Positions 61,771-64,000 of a stretch of DNA of 64,000 nt are shown in pieces. Origin of the DNA: Podarcis filfolensis (lineage: Eukaryota); the NCBI GenBank assembly GCA_964270895.1, contig OZ185436.1; one strand, given 5' to 3'. How positions within the stretch are numbered: position 1 is the first letter of the stretch; each line of letters starts with the position of its first letter. A program made the position numbers and the translations under genes. The notes below the pieces were generated by a model. It ran no database searches. It was not told where the DNA came from and saw only the letters and a list, made by a program, of their open reading frames with translations.

Positions 61771-62101
61771 GGTTTAACAAATTATGGCATCTAAGGTTTA
61801 ACAAATTATCAAGGCATAAGGGCTTGTGGACTACAGTCAACTTTGGATGAATGAAGTGTTATCCTGAGTTGCAGGTTATGTATATACATATGTTTGGGTG
61901 GAGGATTGTAAAAAGTGTGGTCAAGGGGAAATGAACTGAGGAAAAGTACAGACAGTGATAATTAGGGACTTGTGAATTACCACTGTTAAATAAACTAGTC
62001 CATGAAAGCTTGTTCCATAATAAATTGGTTAGTTTTTAAGGCACCACAAGTCTCTTTGTTGGTTTTTTCTGCTAAAGGATAACACATCTAAATCTCTGGA
62101 A
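61771..62101. mobile_element. Two Penelope terminal remnants in inverted, tail-to-tail orientation (61771-61860 +, 61995-62101 -)
   Basis: The reverse complement of 61995-62101 aligns by eye with 50851-50940; 61771-61860 matches the same motif on the plus strand. Confidence 0.62.
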
Positions 62102-63742
62102 ATCTTGAACTACTTGGGTACCAAGCCACCTGTAGAAGCAGGTCCAGTTGCAGCCTTCTGGGGGCGAAGGGGAAGAGATATGTCCCATATTCAGTGTTCT
62201 TTGGACTAGCCATCAAACAAGTTTCATACTGCTAAATCATAGGGAGGTAACAAATTATTTTCAATGCCTCTGTTGAGTCAAGACAGTGGGGCCCAAATGC
62301 CTTTTATATTAGAATCATAATAGTAAATTGGCCTCTTCCGACCACCCGAGCAAAGCCTGAAGAGGCAACAGAGAGCCCACACTATAGCAGCTTGTCCCAC
62401 ATGTGGCTCAGCATACTCTCTTAGATAAACTAGCTTCATGTTCCAGGTTTTGGCTGTTAGGTGCAAAAACTTCCCATTGTCAGGCTTTCTAGCTCTGACT
62501 CTGTCTTTAGCTATGTGTGCAGCAAATTTCAACGTTCTGGGTGATCTGAAAAGACATTGCACTTCATATCCCATTTTTTGAAATCCGTTTTTAACAGATC
62601 CATTTTTTAAAATGTATTTTTGGTAGGAGAAAATATGTAAAACATTTCAGCCTGCAACATCATGATATACCCTAAGTTATCCCATAAATGAGGCCTGTAT
62701 GTCTATTTTATTCTCACCCACACTTCACCATAAGGTCTTAGTATGGGTTGCAGCAATTTAAAAATACAATATTAAAAACATAACAAAAGCATGCACCGAA
62801 AAGAACCCGGCTGCTTAGTTCACATTAATAAAGAATATGGTTCTTTTCCACAAACCTCCTAAACCTACACTTCCCCCAGCTGACTTTTTCTCTGTCCATA
62901 GCCTTTTCTGCTACATAGTCCTTAGCATCTCTATGACTTGTACCCATTTCTCATTTTTCAAACTTCTTCCAAAAGCTAGGTCCTATGCAAAGTTTTAATT
63001 CTAGCCAAAGCCATCTTTCTTTCAGAGGGTGGGAGTCATCTAATGAGTCTCATCAGCAGAAGCCCTGAACAAAATTAGTTTGGGTGGGTGGGTGGGAATC
63101 CCTGGGACAGTGGGGGGGGGGGGGTTGTTCCTTTTGAACAAGCTGAAACGTGCTGATGAAACGATTGCTGGTTGCCTTAGCACAGCACCTGAATTCCTTC
63201 AAGATAATCTACATTCAAACAGTCTAACAGCTAAGTTTACTGATGAACTGGAATACTCTTGAACATTCTGTATCATCACACCAGCTCAGCCAATCAGTGC
63301 CATAGGCTTCACTACTACAGACAGAGTGTGATGTTCTCAGATCATGTTATTTTTGTGTTTTATTATCAGACTGAATGCTACAAGCAATTTCTTTCCAATC
63401 TCAAGATTATATACTACAATATATAAAATTTGGATATATAAAAGTGCTCAGAATGAGAACAGGGTAGGAAGAGACAAGCTGCATTACTTCTGCCTTAGTT
63501 CCCCTCTTGTAGAAAGAGAAATATTAAAGACTATCTCAGAGATGGTGGAACAAACAAATGAGCTGAACTTGCAAAGCACTTCGCATACTTAAAGAGATTG
63601 CAGGTATAAAAGTAATCATATCTGCACACCGTGGCTGAAGACTTAATCATGTTTTTTTTAGCTAGTTCTGTCCTTTAATTTACACATTTTTGTGGTCTTT
63701 TAACTGATTTATTATGTAAATGTACATCCATATAGATGTGCT

Positions 63743-63876
63743 CGGTGCTAATTTTTTAGAAAAAGAAGTGCCAAACTCGCCACGAACACCTCCCTCGTTC
63801 TCTTAGAATGGCAATGGTGCCTGCCTGAGAGCTGCTGGAACTGAGGTCTGGTGAGTTCTGGCTGAAAAAAGCCCTG
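63743..63876. mobile_element. Lacertid hAT MITE (134 bp), TSD gatgtgct/catgtgct
   Basis: cggtgctaattttttagaaaaaga...gctgaaaaaagccctg, with an 8-bp TSD matching 7/8. Confidence 0.85.
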
Positions 63877-64000
63877 CATGTGCTTACTGAAGCATGGCAG
63901 GGTTTGCCATGGTTGGGCACCTGCCAAAGCCTACTCCGCAGAGGGTCCCCTACTGAGCACCAGAACTGCCTGTCTCTGCTGCTGCTGCTCTTCTTGCCAT

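Noticed and set aside
62278-62574. 98-aa minus-strand ORF (FAAHIAKDRVRARKPDNGKF...)
   Set aside because: It has a plausible acceptor (gtcttttcag) but no match to TMC6/TMC8 or a transposase that I can recognise. The length is within chance expectation, and a BLASTP would settle it.
63150-63275. CTGATGA heptamers as possible intact hammerhead or C/D snoRNA boxes
   Set aside because: No stem II plus GAAA follows, and there is no terminal stem with a properly spaced D box.
1-64000. CRISPR arrays, rRNA, bona fide tRNA genes or prokaryotic operons
   Set aside because: None seen. The window is eukaryotic intron-exon DNA, and the only tRNA-like sequence is the SINE head.

Overview
This is an AT-rich vertebrate genomic window. 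A lacertid-type Sauria SINE and other squamate repeats suggest a lizard, most likely Lacertidae (inference). The main feature is a plus-strand TNRC6C (GW182 family) gene, the AGO-binding scaffold of miRNA silencing. I could place 18 coding exons between 9636 and 55022, all with canonical AG/GT ends and consistent reading-frame phases. They encode the GW/WG AGO-binding region, UBA domain, Q-rich region, CIM1, PAM2, RRM and CIM2. One further exon (~120 nt) is missing from the readable sequence and most likely lies in the N-block at 32390-32537. A second N-block (10281-10420) sits in-frame inside the large exon. The upstream N-terminal exons appear to lie outside the window, and 6700-7620 looks like an internal promoter or alternative first exon. 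The 3' UTR runs about 2.7 kb, probably ending near an AATAAA at 57748. Introns and the downstream region hold many TE remnants: hAT, Tc1/mariner and Harbinger MITEs, CR1 tails, and Penelope ends with decayed hammerhead cores. A young 5'-truncated L2 LINE and a Sauria SINE nested in an older MITE lie downstream. I found no clear new biological system. The best leads are the pre-miRNA-sized MITE hairpins in the pre-mRNA of this miRNA effector, the exon hidden in Ns, the internal promoter, alternative splicing features and miRNA seed sites in the 3' UTR. Comparisons with human TNRC6C come from recall and need to be checked by alignment.
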